Assembly: GCA_026396675.1 (NCBI GenBank)
Contig: JAPLWI010000008.1
Coordinates: forward strand, 42,883 to 106,882
Source: Candidatus Kaiserbacteria bacterium
Lineage (GTDB): Bacteria; Patescibacteriota; Minisyncoccia; Phycocordibacterales; Phycocordibacteraceae
DNA length: 64,000 nucleotides
Direction of reading: 5' to 3'
A model generated the notes under the pieces. It did no database searches. It had not been told where the DNA came from and saw only the letters and a program-made list of their open reading frames with translations. A program made the position numbers and the translations under genes. This document shows, piece by piece, positions 27,339 to 36,810 of this stretch. The first letter of the stretch is position 1, and each line of letters begins with the position of its first letter.

Positions 27339-28187
27339 TTATCCCTTTCGTTTCTTGCCGACCTTGCGGCGCGAGACGATGAAGACGTTAGAGTACTTCT
27401 TCGGCGTGCGCGTCTTCTGCCCCTTGCCCGACGGCTTGCCCCACGCGGTCTTCTCGCGCTTCAAACCGCGGCCTTGCTTGCCTTCGCCGCCGCCGTGCGG
27501 ATGATCAACTGGGTTCATCGCAGTACCACGAACGGTAGGACGAATGCCCATCCAACGACTCCGACCTGCCTTACCTATAACGACAAGATTATATTCCTCA
27601 TTGCCAACCGCACCGATAGACGCCCAACAGAGATCGGATACCTTGCGAATTTCGGTTGATGGAAGTTTTATCTGTGCATAGCCGGCATCATGCGCGACTA
27701 CTTCAGCAAAGTTGCCAGCGCTTCGGACAAGCACGGCGCCCGCATTCAGAGAGAGTTCAATATTGTAAACAAATGTACCGACAGGAATTTTCCCAAGCGG
27801 CATTCTATTACCGACGATAATCGACACATTTTCACCAACAACAAACGAACTCCCGACCTTCATTTCTTTCGGCAAAATTACGTAGCGTCGTTCACCATCA
27901 CGATAAAGCGCGAGCCCGATAAAGGCGCTACGAAATGGATCGTATTCAACTGTTTCAATTTTCGCGGGAATATCTTTTTTGTTATATGAGAAATCAATGG
28001 TGCGAAAGTTACGTTTATGTCCCCCGCCCTGGTGGCGAGTGGTAATGCGCCCGAACGCGTTCCGTCCGCCCTTGCTTCTGTTCGCCTTCATCAAGGGCTT
28101 GTGCGGCGCATCGCCCGAGAGAAGTTCTCGGTATGGCAGAGTGGTCATAAAACGGCGGCTCTTTGTGGTTGGTTTGTACGTTTTCAT
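27339..28187 (-). CDS. rplB: 50S ribosomal protein L2
   Basis: …GRNAFGRITTRHQGGGHKRNFRTIDF…MNPVDHPHGGGEGK… matches L2. Confidence 0.9.
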   Translation of the reverse strand: MKTYKPTTKSRRFMTTLPYRELLSGDAPHKPLMKANRSKGGRNAFGRITTRHQGGGHKRNFRTIDFSYNKKDIPAKIETVEYDPFRSAFIGLALYRDGERRYVILPKEMKVGSSFVVGENVSIIVGNRMPLGKIPVGTFVYNIELSLNAGAVLVRSAGNFAEVVAHDAGYAQIKLPSTEIRKVSDLCWASIGAVGNEEYNLVVIGKAGRSRWMGIRPTVRGTAMNPVDHPHGGGEGKQGRGLKREKTAWGKPSGKGQKTRTPKKYSNVFIVSRRKVGKKRKG

Positions 28188-28189
28188 AA

Positions 28190-28564
28190 TTATGAGAATT
28201 GTATTGAATCACCAGCATTCAAGTAAACGTACGCCTTATGGCGCGCTGCGCGTGTACCGACTCCACGCTTGGTGCGCATTGCCTTTTTCTTCCCAGGCAA
28301 GTTTACGATACGGATTTTACGTGGCTCGACTTTGTAAATCTCTTTGATTGCGCCTGCAATCTCTGCTTTCGTCGCGCGCTTCGGCACTTCAAAAGTGTAA
28401 ATGCCTTTTTCGGTCACAATAAGCGACTTCTCTGAGAACCACGGGGCGCGAATAATTTCGTGTGCGATTCCATTGGACAATTTCATAGCACGCGCATGAT
28501 GCACGCGTACGGATTTTTCCTTTTTCGCTTTTACCTCTTTCTTTTTGTCGCCGAAAATAGCCAT
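28190..28564 (-). CDS. rplW: 50S ribosomal protein L23
   Basis: …IIRAPWFSEKSLIVTEKGIYTFEVPKRATKAEIAGAIKEIYKVEPRKIRIVNLPGKKK… matches L23. Confidence 0.9.
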   Translation of the reverse strand: MAIFGDKKKEVKAKKEKSVRVHHARAMKLSNGIAHEIIRAPWFSEKSLIVTEKGIYTFEVPKRATKAEIAGAIKEIYKVEPRKIRIVNLPGKKKAMRTKRGVGTRAARHKAYVYLNAGDSIQFS

Positions 28565-28570
28565 AATGAT

Positions 28571-29353
28571 TTATTTAGAATTCACGCGAGAGAGAATCGC
28601 CGCAAACGCCGCTTCTGGCTTTTCAATGACAAGATATTTGTGCGTCATCACCTCAAGAGGATTTAGATTGCGCACTTCCTCTGTCTTCAGGTTTCCGAAA
28701 TTACTGAAACTCTTTATCGTTGATGCGTCATATGCGGATAGAGCAATAAGCGCGGCATTTTTCTTTTTAAGAAGATATTTCGCATCGGCGCCTTTCGCGA
28801 GTGCGATGATTGCCGACTTAGCTACAGCAGTTGATGGTTTCGCAAAAGAAAATGTATCGACAAAAATAATTTCGCCATCCTTCGCCTTTCTTGAAAGTAC
28901 CGCGAGCAGTGCGCTGATTCGCATCTTGTGATTAATCTTTTCGCCATAGTCGCGTTCATTTCGCGGACCGAAAGTAACACCACCATGACGCCAGATTGGA
29001 GAACGGCTGGACCCAACGCGTGCCTGTCCGGTACCTTTTTGTTTCCATGGTTTCTTTCCTCCCCCAGAAACCTCGGAACGATCTTTCGTATGAGCGCGGT
29101 TTTGGCGCGCATTTGCTTGCATCGCCGTCGTCACTTGATGCACCAAATCAGCACGCCATGGAACATTAAATATTTTCTCAGGAAGTGCAATGCTTCCGAC
29201 TTTTTCTCCATTCATTGAGAAAATCGGTGCCTCGCTCACGTTCGGCATCTGCGCTTTCGCTTCGACTTTTTTTACGGCCGCAGGCACCGAGGTCTTCCGA
29301 GGTGCCGCAGGTCCCGATTTCTTTTGAGAGATGATTTTTTTAGTTAAAGTCAT
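28571..29353 (-). CDS. rplD: 50S ribosomal protein L4 with an N-terminal extension (start taken at MTLTKK; the ORF track extends to 29449)
   Basis: …GGGKKPWKQKGTGQARVGSSRSPIWRHGGVTFGPRNERDYGEKINHKMR… matches L4. Confidence 0.9.
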   Translation of the reverse strand: MTLTKKIISQKKSGPAAPRKTSVPAAVKKVEAKAQMPNVSEAPIFSMNGEKVGSIALPEKIFNVPWRADLVHQVTTAMQANARQNRAHTKDRSEVSGGGKKPWKQKGTGQARVGSSRSPIWRHGGVTFGPRNERDYGEKINHKMRISALLAVLSRKAKDGEIIFVDTFSFAKPSTAVAKSAIIALAKGADAKYLLKKKNAALIALSAYDASTIKSFSNFGNLKTEEVRNLNPLEVMTHKYLVIEKPEAAFAAILSRVNSK

Positions 29354-29363
29354 AGTATTAAAA

Positions 29364-30029
29364 TTACTTAGATGCACCGTGCTTACGCGCAGGAACGGAC
29401 ACGACCTCAAGAAGTGTGCCGCGATGTCCCGGTACTGCACCAGAAACAATTATCTTTCCTGCCTTCACATCGACCGCAAGAATCTTCAAATTCTCGACCG
29501 TCACGCGATCGGCACCCATCCGACCGGCCATGCGAATGCCCTTGGCTACACGACCACCTGCACGGCCACCTGATCCGCCGATGGAGCCCGGCTCGCGCTC
29601 GGAGTGCTTCTGTCCGTGCGAGCGCGGACCGCCGTGGAAACCGTGACGCTTTACTCCACCGGCAAAACCTTTTCCTTTTGTGAGTCCTGAGACACGAACT
29701 ATATCGCCGACAGCGAAGATTGACGCGTCGATCGTACTCCCAACTTCGGTCGCATTGTTTCCCTCGACTGAAGTTCCAAATGGTACGGGGAATTCTCGAA
29801 TGGCTGAATAGCCCTTCCCGCCAGTGTGCCCAAGAACTGCCTTGCTGATATTTTTTGTTTTGCGTGTGCCGAAACCAATCTGAACTGCCGAGTATTTATC
29901 CTTGCCATCCTTCGTCTTCACTTGGGTAACGACGACCGGATCGGCAACGAGAATAGTCCCCGCGCGCGCGCGACCATCATCCGCGAAAACGCGGGTCATT
30001 CCTTCTTTTTTTGCGAGAATGAATTTCAT
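29364..30029 (-). CDS. rplC: 50S ribosomal protein L3
   Basis: MKFILAKKEGMTRVFADDGRARAGTILVADPVVVTQVKTKDGKDKYSAVQIGFG... matches L3. Confidence 0.9.
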   Translation of the reverse strand: MKFILAKKEGMTRVFADDGRARAGTILVADPVVVTQVKTKDGKDKYSAVQIGFGTRKTKNISKAVLGHTGGKGYSAIREFPVPFGTSVEGNNATEVGSTIDASIFAVGDIVRVSGLTKGKGFAGGVKRHGFHGGPRSHGQKHSEREPGSIGGSGGRAGGRVAKGIRMAGRMGADRVTVENLKILAVDVKAGKIIVSGAVPGHRGTLLEVVSVPARKHGASK

Positions 30030-30037
30030 TTTTTAAA

Positions 30038-30073
30038 GCAAATCGCCCCAGCAGATCGCGTGGGGCGATTTGC
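30038..30073 (-). promoter_or_regulatory. perfect 13-bp hairpin GCAAATCGCCCCA-(10 nt)-TGGGGCGATTTGC ending 8 nt upstream of the rplC start codon
   Basis: The minus-strand RNA would read hairpin-UUUAAAA-AUG(rplC). It is either a terminator for the inserted upstream gene or a leader attenuator / translational operator. Confidence 0.5.
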
Positions 30074-30141
30074 TGGAGGTCCCTCGTGGGACATAGCGAT
30101 TTAGGCACTCTACACGAAAGGATTAAAAGATGCAAGAAATT

Positions 30142-30864
30142 CTACTGGGCAAGTAATTTTTGCAAGTTTGTAATTCTTCCAACCATTCGTTCTTTGTCCG
30201 CGCCAGATAAATAGCTGGTATCAAAAGACACCAATTGGTCGCTAAGATTTTTCTTTTGATCTGAACTCATTGCGCTCACTTTCGACGATAGAGAATCAAG
30301 TGCTGTTAAGCGTACGTCAATTGCAATGGATTCATTACGTGCAATGGACATCATCTTATCCATGAACGATGCGACGTCAGTTTCTGCTTTCGCCATCACC
30401 ATAATCGCGTTCATGGCAACTGATTCCCTGCGAAAATCTTCTCCTGTTCTTTGTGTTCCTTCTGGAAGGGCTTTCGCGGCATGGATGTCGGAATCTGCGG
30501 ACTTGAGCGCTGCTTGAAAAGTCTGCTGATCTTTTATGAGTCCATACACGGTCGGAAGTATTACGAGCATCGAAACGAGAATGATTATTACCCCTGGGTT
30601 TTCTCTGCCAATTTTTCTAAGGACAGCGTGTATTATCCAACCGTAAACGAAGAACACTACAGGTAGAGTGAAGAGAGCAATTACATAAAATAGAAGTCCG
30701 TAGCTGAAAAAGTCACCAACAAACGGAATTACCCATGAGATAGGGTTCAACAGGAAGATCTTCGAACTTTCCCAAGCAGGAAAAGATACTATCCCTAAAG
30801 CAAAACCGGCCCAGCTTCCCAACATTTTAAACGGGTTGTATGATTTTTTTATTTCTTGTGGCAT
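30142..30864 (-). CDS. hypothetical polytopic membrane protein (240 aa) inserted between rpsJ and rplC
   Basis: Four TM helices are followed by a soluble C-terminal domain. No family was recognised. Confidence 0.45.
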   Translation of the reverse strand: MPQEIKKSYNPFKMLGSWAGFALGIVSFPAWESSKIFLLNPISWVIPFVGDFFSYGLLFYVIALFTLPVVFFVYGWIIHAVLRKIGRENPGVIIILVSMLVILPTVYGLIKDQQTFQAALKSADSDIHAAKALPEGTQRTGEDFRRESVAMNAIMVMAKAETDVASFMDKMMSIARNESIAIDVRLTALDSLSSKVSAMSSDQKKNLSDQLVSFDTSYLSGADKERMVGRITNLQKLLAQ

Positions 30865-30886
30865 GAATTCAAGATTAGCATGAAAA

Positions 30887-30939
30887 ATCCCGCCTTGAAG
30901 GCGGGATTTTTCGTAAGTTAGGACACTCGGTGTCCTAAC
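30887..30939. terminator. tandem hairpins: AAAA-ATCCCGCC-TTGAA-GGCGGGAT-TTTT (bidirectional terminator) then GTTAGGACAC-TCG-GTGTCCTAAC
   Basis: They lie directly downstream of rpsJ on the minus strand and separate tuf-rpsJ from the inserted membrane gene and rplC. Confidence 0.7.
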
Positions 30940-31006
30940 TTTTAAACCATTCCCTCGATTGACTCGGGATTAGTTAAAACCATAGTCGCGCGGACACTCC
31001 TTGGTT

Positions 31007-31441
31007 TTATACCATCTTTACATCAATCGTGACGCCGGAGGGGAGATTGAGGTTCGTGAGGGCTTCAACAACCTTTGACGATGGGTTCATGATGTCGATA
31101 AGGCGCTTGTGGATGCGCATCTCGAATTGCTCGCGTGCGTCCTTATGAACGAAGGTTGAGCGATTTACCGTCCAACGCTTAATCTCAGTCGGAAGCGGTA
31201 CTGGGCCAACGACCACCGCATCAAAGCGTGCAGCAGTGTCCATAATTTGCTTCACCGAAAGGTCAAGAATCTTGTGTTCATACGCACAGACGCGAATGCG
31301 CAGTTTATGTTCCGCAACGATAGTTGCAACGGCTTCTTTTTTCTTTCTCGGAGCCGCGACTTTCTTACTCTCCGTAACTTTTGAGGGAGAAGGTTTCGTT
31401 TTTGGCTTTGCTTTTGGCTTTGTGGCTGTCGCTTTAGGCAT
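31007..31441 (-). CDS. rpsJ: 30S ribosomal protein S10 with a ~40-aa Lys/Pro-rich N-terminal extension
   Basis: …HKLRIRVCAYEHKILDLSVKQIMDTAARFDAVVVGPVPLPTEIKRWTVNRSTFVHKDAREQFEMRIHKRLIDIM… matches S10. Confidence 0.9.
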   Translation of the reverse strand: MPKATATKPKAKPKTKPSPSKVTESKKVAAPRKKKEAVATIVAEHKLRIRVCAYEHKILDLSVKQIMDTAARFDAVVVGPVPLPTEIKRWTVNRSTFVHKDAREQFEMRIHKRLIDIMNPSSKVVEALTNLNLPSGVTIDVKMV

Positions 31442-31448
31442 GTTTGGA

Positions 31449-32648
31449 TTACGCAGTAATCTTCGTTACCACGCCTGCGCCGACGGTTTTGCCGCCTTCG
31501 CGAATAGCGAAGTGCTGCTGTTCCTCAAGTGCTACTGGAGCAACTAGTTTCACTTTGAAAGTGACTGTGTCGCCCGGCATAACCATTTCCTTCCCTTCCG
31601 GAAGAGTGACCTCGCCTGTTACGTCCGTTGTGCGGATGTAGAACTGTGGCTTGTAGCCGGAGAAGAACGGCGTGTGTCGGCCTCCTTCATCTTTGCCCAA
31701 GATGTAGACCTCGGCGTCAAAGTCAGTGTGTGGGGTAACCGAGCCAACCTTCGCTAGAACTTGACCGCGATGCACGTCTTCTTTCTTCGTACCGCGCAAG
31801 AGAATGCCTGCGTTGTCGCCTGCGGTCCCTTCTTGAAGCTGTTTATTGAACATTTCAATACCGGTAACAGTTGTCTTTGCAGTTGCTTTAATACCGACAA
31901 TTTCAACTTCCTCACCAACTTTTATGGTGCCGCGTTCGATGCGACCAGTAACTACTGTGCCGCGACCTTCAATAGAGAAGATGTCTTCAATAGGCATAAG
32001 GAACGGCTTCGTTGTTTCGCGTTCCGGAAGATCAAAATAAGTATCCATCGTGTCAACGAGATTTTTGATATCTGCCGCCCATTTATCCGTCAAATCCTTA
32101 GAGTCAAGCGCTTTGAGCGCTGAACCACGGATAATTGGAGTGTTTACTCCATCATAATTCTGCTTCGTGAGAAGTTCGCGGACTTCCTCTTCAACGAGAT
32201 CGATAAGATCGGCTTCCTGAACCATGTCTACCTTGTTGAGGAAGACAATGAGCTTCTTGAGACCCACCTGCTTCGCAAGAAGAATGTGCTCACGCGTCTG
32301 CGGCATCACGCCGTCAGTCGCGGCGACCACGAGAACTGCACCGTCCATCTGAGCGGCACCCGTAATCATGTTCTTGATGTAGTCAGCGTGTCCTGGTGCG
32401 TCGATGTGCGCGTAGTGACGATTCGGTGTTTCATATTCCGAATGGTGGAGAGCGATGGTAATACCACGCGCCTTTTCCTCAGGTGCGCTGTCAATTTTAT
32501 CAACTCCTTCAACACGGGCGCTATAGCCCTGATCCTTCAACATTGAAAGGATATGCAGGATACTTGCGGTCAAAGTTGTTTTCCCATGGTCAACGTGACC
32601 GATGGTGCCGACATTCATGTGCGGCTTACTGCGATTAAATTCTGCCAT
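31449..32648 (-). CDS. tuf: elongation factor Tu
   Basis: [30 protein letters not shown]...[31 protein letters not shown]... matches EF-Tu. Confidence 0.95.
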   Translation of the reverse strand: MAEFNRSKPHMNVGTIGHVDHGKTTLTASILHILSMLKDQGYSARVEGVDKIDSAPEEKARGITIALHHSEYETPNRHYAHIDAPGHADYIKNMITGAAQMDGAVLVVAATDGVMPQTREHILLAKQVGLKKLIVFLNKVDMVQEADLIDLVEEEVRELLTKQNYDGVNTPIIRGSALKALDSKDLTDKWAADIKNLVDTMDTYFDLPERETTKPFLMPIEDIFSIEGRGTVVTGRIERGTIKVGEEVEIVGIKATAKTTVTGIEMFNKQLQEGTAGDNAGILLRGTKKEDVHRGQVLAKVGSVTPHTDFDAEVYILGKDEGGRHTPFFSGYKPQFYIRTTDVTGEVTLPEGKEMVMPGDTVTFKVKLVAPVALEEQQHFAIREGGKTVGAGVVTKITA

Positions 32649-32866
32649 AATCGGATAAATTAAATTAATAATTCACGAATTAAATCCGACGCCCGCCTTG
32701 CAGAAGCAACGGCGAGGCAGGCGAGTCGGAAACAAACACTCTCCGGCTCATCAAACAGATTCGCCAGCTGGCGAAAGACAAGCCAAAGAGCGACGCCACA
32801 ATGCGTTATGGGCACTATACGAGAGCATCTGCATAAATGCAAGGTGTTCTGTCGTGGATAAACAGT

Positions 32867-32894
32867 AAAGCCCGCGATATGCATCGCGGGCTTT
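32867..32894. terminator. hairpin AAAGCCCGCGAT-ATGC-ATCGCGGGCTTT (12-bp stem)
   Basis: It lies between the small ORF ending at 32903 and the tuf upstream region. Confidence 0.5.
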
Positions 32895-32902
32895 GGTTGT
32901 GT

Positions 32903-33208
32903 TTATTTCCCTCCTTTTCTCCACACCCCCTTTAACATCACCCCGAGACCGATGAAAACGACCCCGAGTAACAATGCGGCCTTGAAGAGCGGTTCTAATG
33001 CATAGAACAACTCATTAAGTGCCGCACCGAGCTTCTGAGGAAACGCGAGCCCGTAAAAAAACGTAAATCCGCCAAGTGTCGCCAATAACCGTCTCGGTGT
33101 CCCGAGAAAAAATCTCACAAATGCTATATGACACCCCCTTATATTTTTTGAATTTTGACAGATCCAAACGTCTGCGTACAATATAGCGCACTTGTCCAAT
33201 TTTGTCAA
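32903..33208 (-). CDS. small hypothetical membrane protein (101 aa); gene model uncertain
   Basis: Two predicted TM helices. It overlaps an alternative-frame ORF (33015..33314). Confidence 0.25.
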   Translation of the reverse strand: MTKLDKCAILYADVWICQNSKNIRGCHIAFVRFFLGTPRRLLATLGGFTFFYGLAFPQKLGAALNELFYALEPLFKAALLLGVVFIGLGVMLKGVWRKGGK

Positions 33209-33285
33209 GCGCAGTTATTTTCGCGAGGCGATAATGTCCGCAGCAATATTGTTCGGGGCTGTGATAGGAAATGTAAAAACTATAG

Positions 33286-33690
33286 CTAAACAGCGTAAGT
33301 AGTTCGTGCTGCAAAAAAGTCAGACACAGAGAGTATGCTTCTCATTCTTGCTGCTTGATATGTAATGAATAACACAGGCAAAGTAAATAACATGCTTCTA
33401 ATCGGATACACGATGAAGGAAAGAGCAAGGCCTACTCCTCTTGGGTTTCTTTTAATAAAAGATTTCGCATTTTCAATTGCAAATCCATAAATCTTTTTGT
33501 TTTTTCCTATACGAACTAAAACTCCGTCTTCGACAGGAACATAGAAACTGCCCTTTGGAAAAGATTCCCCCATGAGAACCATGTCTGCCCTACGATTATA
33601 GGAAACTGACCATGCATCACTCTTAATCCGCCTATCCAAATTAGGATTAGCTAGCATTATTTCCTTTAGTTCATTTAGGTTTTGTTCCAT
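33286..33690 (-). CDS. DUF2283-like small protein (putative antitoxin-like partner), with an atypical hydrophobic C-terminal extension
   Basis: SVSYNRRADMVLMGESFPKGSFYVPVEDGVLVRIGKNKKIYGFAIENAKSF matches the DUF2283 pattern (Y-D/N-x-x-AD … D … G-[IV]-x-G-[IF]-E-I-x-x-A). It overlaps the upstream ORF by 16 nt. Confidence 0.45.
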   Translation of the reverse strand: MEQNLNELKEIMLANPNLDRRIKSDAWSVSYNRRADMVLMGESFPKGSFYVPVEDGVLVRIGKNKKIYGFAIENAKSFIKRNPRGVGLALSFIVYPIRSMLFTLPVLFITYQAARMRSILSVSDFFAARTTYAV

Positions 33691-34070
33691 ATAGTTTCTT
33701 CTCCTTCTGGGAAAAATGCCGTGAAATAAGCAGTCAACACTCTTATCTTACCATACCATGTATGTTCTAGCACAACCTTCATATGTTGATTCGAGTAATC
33801 TTTATCTCCAGAAAACCAAGCATAATAACACTTTCTTTTATCCTCATTCCTATCTTGACGCACTTCATTTGGGTTTTCAATTGCTTCCCTTACCGTCTTA
33901 AAATGTGTCTCTATTTCTAAATGTCCAGTGTGATTCTTCTTTCCATCTCTCACCGCTAAATAGTCCTCTTCAAACCATACTACTGGTTCGTGATTCATTC
34001 CCTCAACAAATCTATGCAATATCTTCCACGAAAGCATGCTTTGAAAATAGCACGCTACTACTTTTTTCAA
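33675..34070 (-). CDS. small hypothetical protein (131 aa), possible DUF4258-type toxin-like partner of the DUF2283 gene
   Basis: Its gene order and overlap with the DUF2283-like ORF are typical of such pairs. Weak His/Tyr-containing motifs (…HTGHLEIETHF…KIRVLTAYF) are present. The family assignment is tentative. Confidence 0.35.
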   Translation of the reverse strand: MKKVVACYFQSMLSWKILHRFVEGMNHEPVVWFEEDYLAVRDGKKNHTGHLEIETHFKTVREAIENPNEVRQDRNEDKRKCYYAWFSGDKDYSNQHMKVVLEHTWYGKIRVLTAYFTAFFPEGEETIWNKT

Positions 34071-34099
34071 AAGACAGTCTTGTGCTCAATTGTTTATTT

Positions 34100-36247
34100 T
34101 TACTTCCTGCTCGCGATGATATCAGTGGCAATGTTATTGGGAACCGTGTCATAGTGATCGAATTCCATCGTCATCGAGCCGCGGCCTTCGGTCATTGAAC
34201 GAAGAGTGGTTGTGTAGCCGAACATTTCGGAGAGCGGGACTTTTGCCTTCACCACCTTATTTAAGCCGCGTTCTTCCATTCCCTCAATCTGGCCGCGCTT
34301 CCCAGAGAGATTGCCTGTGATGTCGCCCATGAATTGTTCCGGTACGATAACTTCAACGCGCATAATCGGTTCCAGAATAACCGCTTTCGCTTTGCTAGCC
34401 GCTTCTTGGAACGCCATTGACGCCGCAATCTTGAATGCGATTTCGGACGAGTCCACATCGTGATATGAACCGTCATAAAGGTCTACTGAAATATCAACCA
34501 TCGGGAAGCCAGCGAGGAATCCGCGCGACATTGCTTCGCGGAGACCCTTCTCCACTGCTGGAATATATTCCTGCGGAACGACACCGCCTTTGATGTTGTT
34601 AATAAATTCAAAATGATCTTCGCGTGTGATGTTCTTCGGCATCTTCGCGCCTTCCACGAGCGGCTCCATCTTCTTCATCTTTATCTTTACGTGGCCATAC
34701 TGACCGCGACCTCCTGTTTGTTTAATGTACTTCCCTTCAGCATCTGCAGAGCCGAGAATTGTTTCGCGGTATGCCACCTGTGGCTTACCCACATCAGCGA
34801 CGACATTGAATTCGCGCTTCATTCGTTCCACAAGAATTTCCAAATGCAATTCGCCCATACCAGAAATAATGGTCTCACCGGTCTCATCGTCGGTTTTGAT
34901 TCGGAATGTCGGATCTTCATCAGAAAGTTTGCGGAGTGCGATGCCCATTTTTTCCTGATCCGCTTTCGTTTTCGGTTCAATGCGAAGTGATACAACCGGC
35001 TCAGGGAATTTAATTTGTTCAAGTATGATTGGATTTGCTTCGTCGCAGAGAGTGTGCGATGTCTTCGTATCTTTAAGACCCACAGCGGCGGCTATTTCTC
35101 CAGCAAAGACCTTTTCAACCTCTTCGCGCTTATCGGCCTGAAGTCGCACGATGCGGCCGACGCGCTCTTTCGTTCCTGTCGTTGAATTATAGACATAAGA
35201 GCCGGCTGAAAGTGTACCGGAATATACACGGAAGAAAGTTAACGCACCGACGAATGGATCTGTTTGGAGTTTGAACGCAAGTGCACAGAACGGCTCGTCG
35301 TCCGACGCGTGGCGCTCAACCGGATCGCCTGTCTTTGGATTTGTGCCAGTCGCTGGCGGTAGTTCGAATGGTGATGGTAGATAATCAACAACAGCGTCAA
35401 GAACAAGTTGTACGCCTTTATTTTTCAGAGCGCTCCCACAGTAAACCGGAAAGACCTCATTTGCGACGACCGCCTTATGTAAAATCGCTTTTAATTCTTC
35501 AAGCGGTGGTTCTTTCCCTTCCAAATACGCGTTCATTGCAGAATCGTTTTGCTCAACAATGCGTTCAATGAGTTCGGCGCGATATTTTTTCGCATCTTCA
35601 AGAAGGTTCGCTGGAATTTCTACTTCAACCACTTCTTCGCCCATATTCCCAGTAAAATGATAGGCCTTCATCGTCAGTAAATCCACAGAGCCCTCGTGTG
35701 CCGTTTCTTCACCGATAGGAATCTGCATGCGAATGGCCTTCGGCGAGAGCCGATCAAGAATACTCGCATAAGAATTTTCAAAAGACGCGCCAGTGCGGTC
35801 AAGCTTATTGATGAAACAAATGCGCGGCACCTGAGCCTCGTCTGCATAGCGCCAGTTGGTCTCGGACTGCGGTTCAACGCCGGCGACACCATCAAAAACG
35901 ACGATGGCTCCATCAAGCACGCGCATTGAACGCTTCACTTCTGCAGTGAAATCAATATGCCCCGGAGTATCAATAATATTGAAACGAGATTTTTTTGAAG
36001 TGTCCTTTTTATCCTTCTCGCTGGTCTTAGTCCAGAAACAGGTAATGGCGGCAGATGTAATCGTGATGCCACGTTCGCGTTCCTGTTCCATCCAGTCGGT
36101 CGTTGTTTCTCCCTCGTGTACTTCGCCGATTTTATGCTGACTGCCCGTATAGAAAAGAATTCGTTCGCTTACAGTCGTCTTCCCCGCGTCAATGTGAGCG
36201 ATAATGCCGAAGTTGCGCACGCGTTCTAGTGGATAATCACGATTCAT
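34100..36247 (-). CDS. fusA: elongation factor G (start taken at [25 protein letters not shown]; the longest ORF extends to 36418)
   Basis: The G-domain motifs [17 protein letters not shown] and NKLD are present, followed by domains II-V. Confidence 0.95.
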   Translation of the reverse strand: MNRDYPLERVRNFGIIAHIDAGKTTVSERILFYTGSQHKIGEVHEGETTTDWMEQERERGITITSAAITCFWTKTSEKDKKDTSKKSRFNIIDTPGHIDFTAEVKRSMRVLDGAIVVFDGVAGVEPQSETNWRYADEAQVPRICFINKLDRTGASFENSYASILDRLSPKAIRMQIPIGEETAHEGSVDLLTMKAYHFTGNMGEEVVEVEIPANLLEDAKKYRAELIERIVEQNDSAMNAYLEGKEPPLEELKAILHKAVVANEVFPVYCGSALKNKGVQLVLDAVVDYLPSPFELPPATGTNPKTGDPVERHASDDEPFCALAFKLQTDPFVGALTFFRVYSGTLSAGSYVYNSTTGTKERVGRIVRLQADKREEVEKVFAGEIAAAVGLKDTKTSHTLCDEANPIILEQIKFPEPVVSLRIEPKTKADQEKMGIALRKLSDEDPTFRIKTDDETGETIISGMGELHLEILVERMKREFNVVADVGKPQVAYRETILGSADAEGKYIKQTGGRGQYGHVKIKMKKMEPLVEGAKMPKNITREDHFEFINNIKGGVVPQEYIPAVEKGLREAMSRGFLAGFPMVDISVDLYDGSYHDVDSSEIAFKIAASMAFQEAASKAKAVILEPIMRVEVIVPEQFMGDITGNLSGKRGQIEGMEERGLNKVVKAKVPLSEMFGYTTTLRSMTEGRGSMTMEFDHYDTVPNNIATDIIASRK

Positions 36248-36254
36248 ACAATTC

Positions 36255-36349
36255 TTCCAATCTACTACCAAGCGAACCGAATAACAAATATATGTCGCAT
36301 ATATTTGTTTGAGGTAAGCGCATGGAGGAAGCCGTTCATACGGCTTACC
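36255..36349 (-). promoter_or_regulatory. conserved ~95-bp module, copy B: hairpin overlapping the rpsG stop, a perfect 12-3-12 palindrome AACAAATATATG-CGA-CATATATTTGTT, and a TTGTTA-N17-TAGATT promoter 11 nt upstream of the fusA ATG
   Basis: Minus-strand read: GTGGTAAGCCGTATGAACGGCTTCCTCCATGCGCTTACCTCAAACAAATATATGCGACATATATTTGTTATTCGGTTCGCTTGGTAGTAGATTGG. It is about 80% identical to copy A at 50885-50978. Confidence 0.55.
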
Positions 36350-36809
36350 ACGCAAAATGTGCGAAGGCCTTGTTTGCTTCTGCCATGCGATGCATTTCGT
36401 CTTTCTTTTTAATCGCATCGCCTTCGTTTTTGGCGGCCAACACGAGTTCGGCGGCGAGTTTTTCAGCCATCGGCTTTCCCTTTTTTGAACGAGCGGCGTT
36501 TATGAGCCAACGAAATGAAAGTGCGAGACGACGCGTCTGCGGCACCTCACGCGGAACTTGATAATTCGCCCCACCGACACGACGCGAACGCACTTCCATC
36601 AATGGCGACACATTGCGCAACGCCGCTTCAAAGGTTTCTAGAGGATTCGCGCCGTCCTTCTCTATCACCGCGAGTGCGTCATAAACAATTGCGCGCGCTG
36701 TATCCTTTTTCCCATTCCACATCACCGCATTGATAAAACGTGTGAGCGTCTCCGAACCGTATTTCAGGTCCGGGCGCCAAGTTCTTTTATGTTTTAGAGG
36801 ACGACGCAT
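36345..36809 (-). CDS. rpsG: 30S ribosomal protein S7 (start taken at MRRPLKHK)
   Basis: …[67 protein letters not shown]… matches S7. Confidence 0.9.
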   Translation of the reverse strand: MRRPLKHKRTWRPDLKYGSETLTRFINAVMWNGKKDTARAIVYDALAVIEKDGANPLETFEAALRNVSPLMEVRSRRVGGANYQVPREVPQTRRLALSFRWLINAARSKKGKPMAEKLAAELVLAAKNEGDAIKKKDEMHRMAEANKAFAHFAW

Positions 36810-36810
36810 A

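Noticed and set aside
32649-32866. tRNA genes upstream of tuf (as in the E. coli tufB operon)
   Set aside because: No GTTCGAATC-type T-arm or cloverleaf could be built on either strand. Only an imperfect GC-rich inverted repeat is present.
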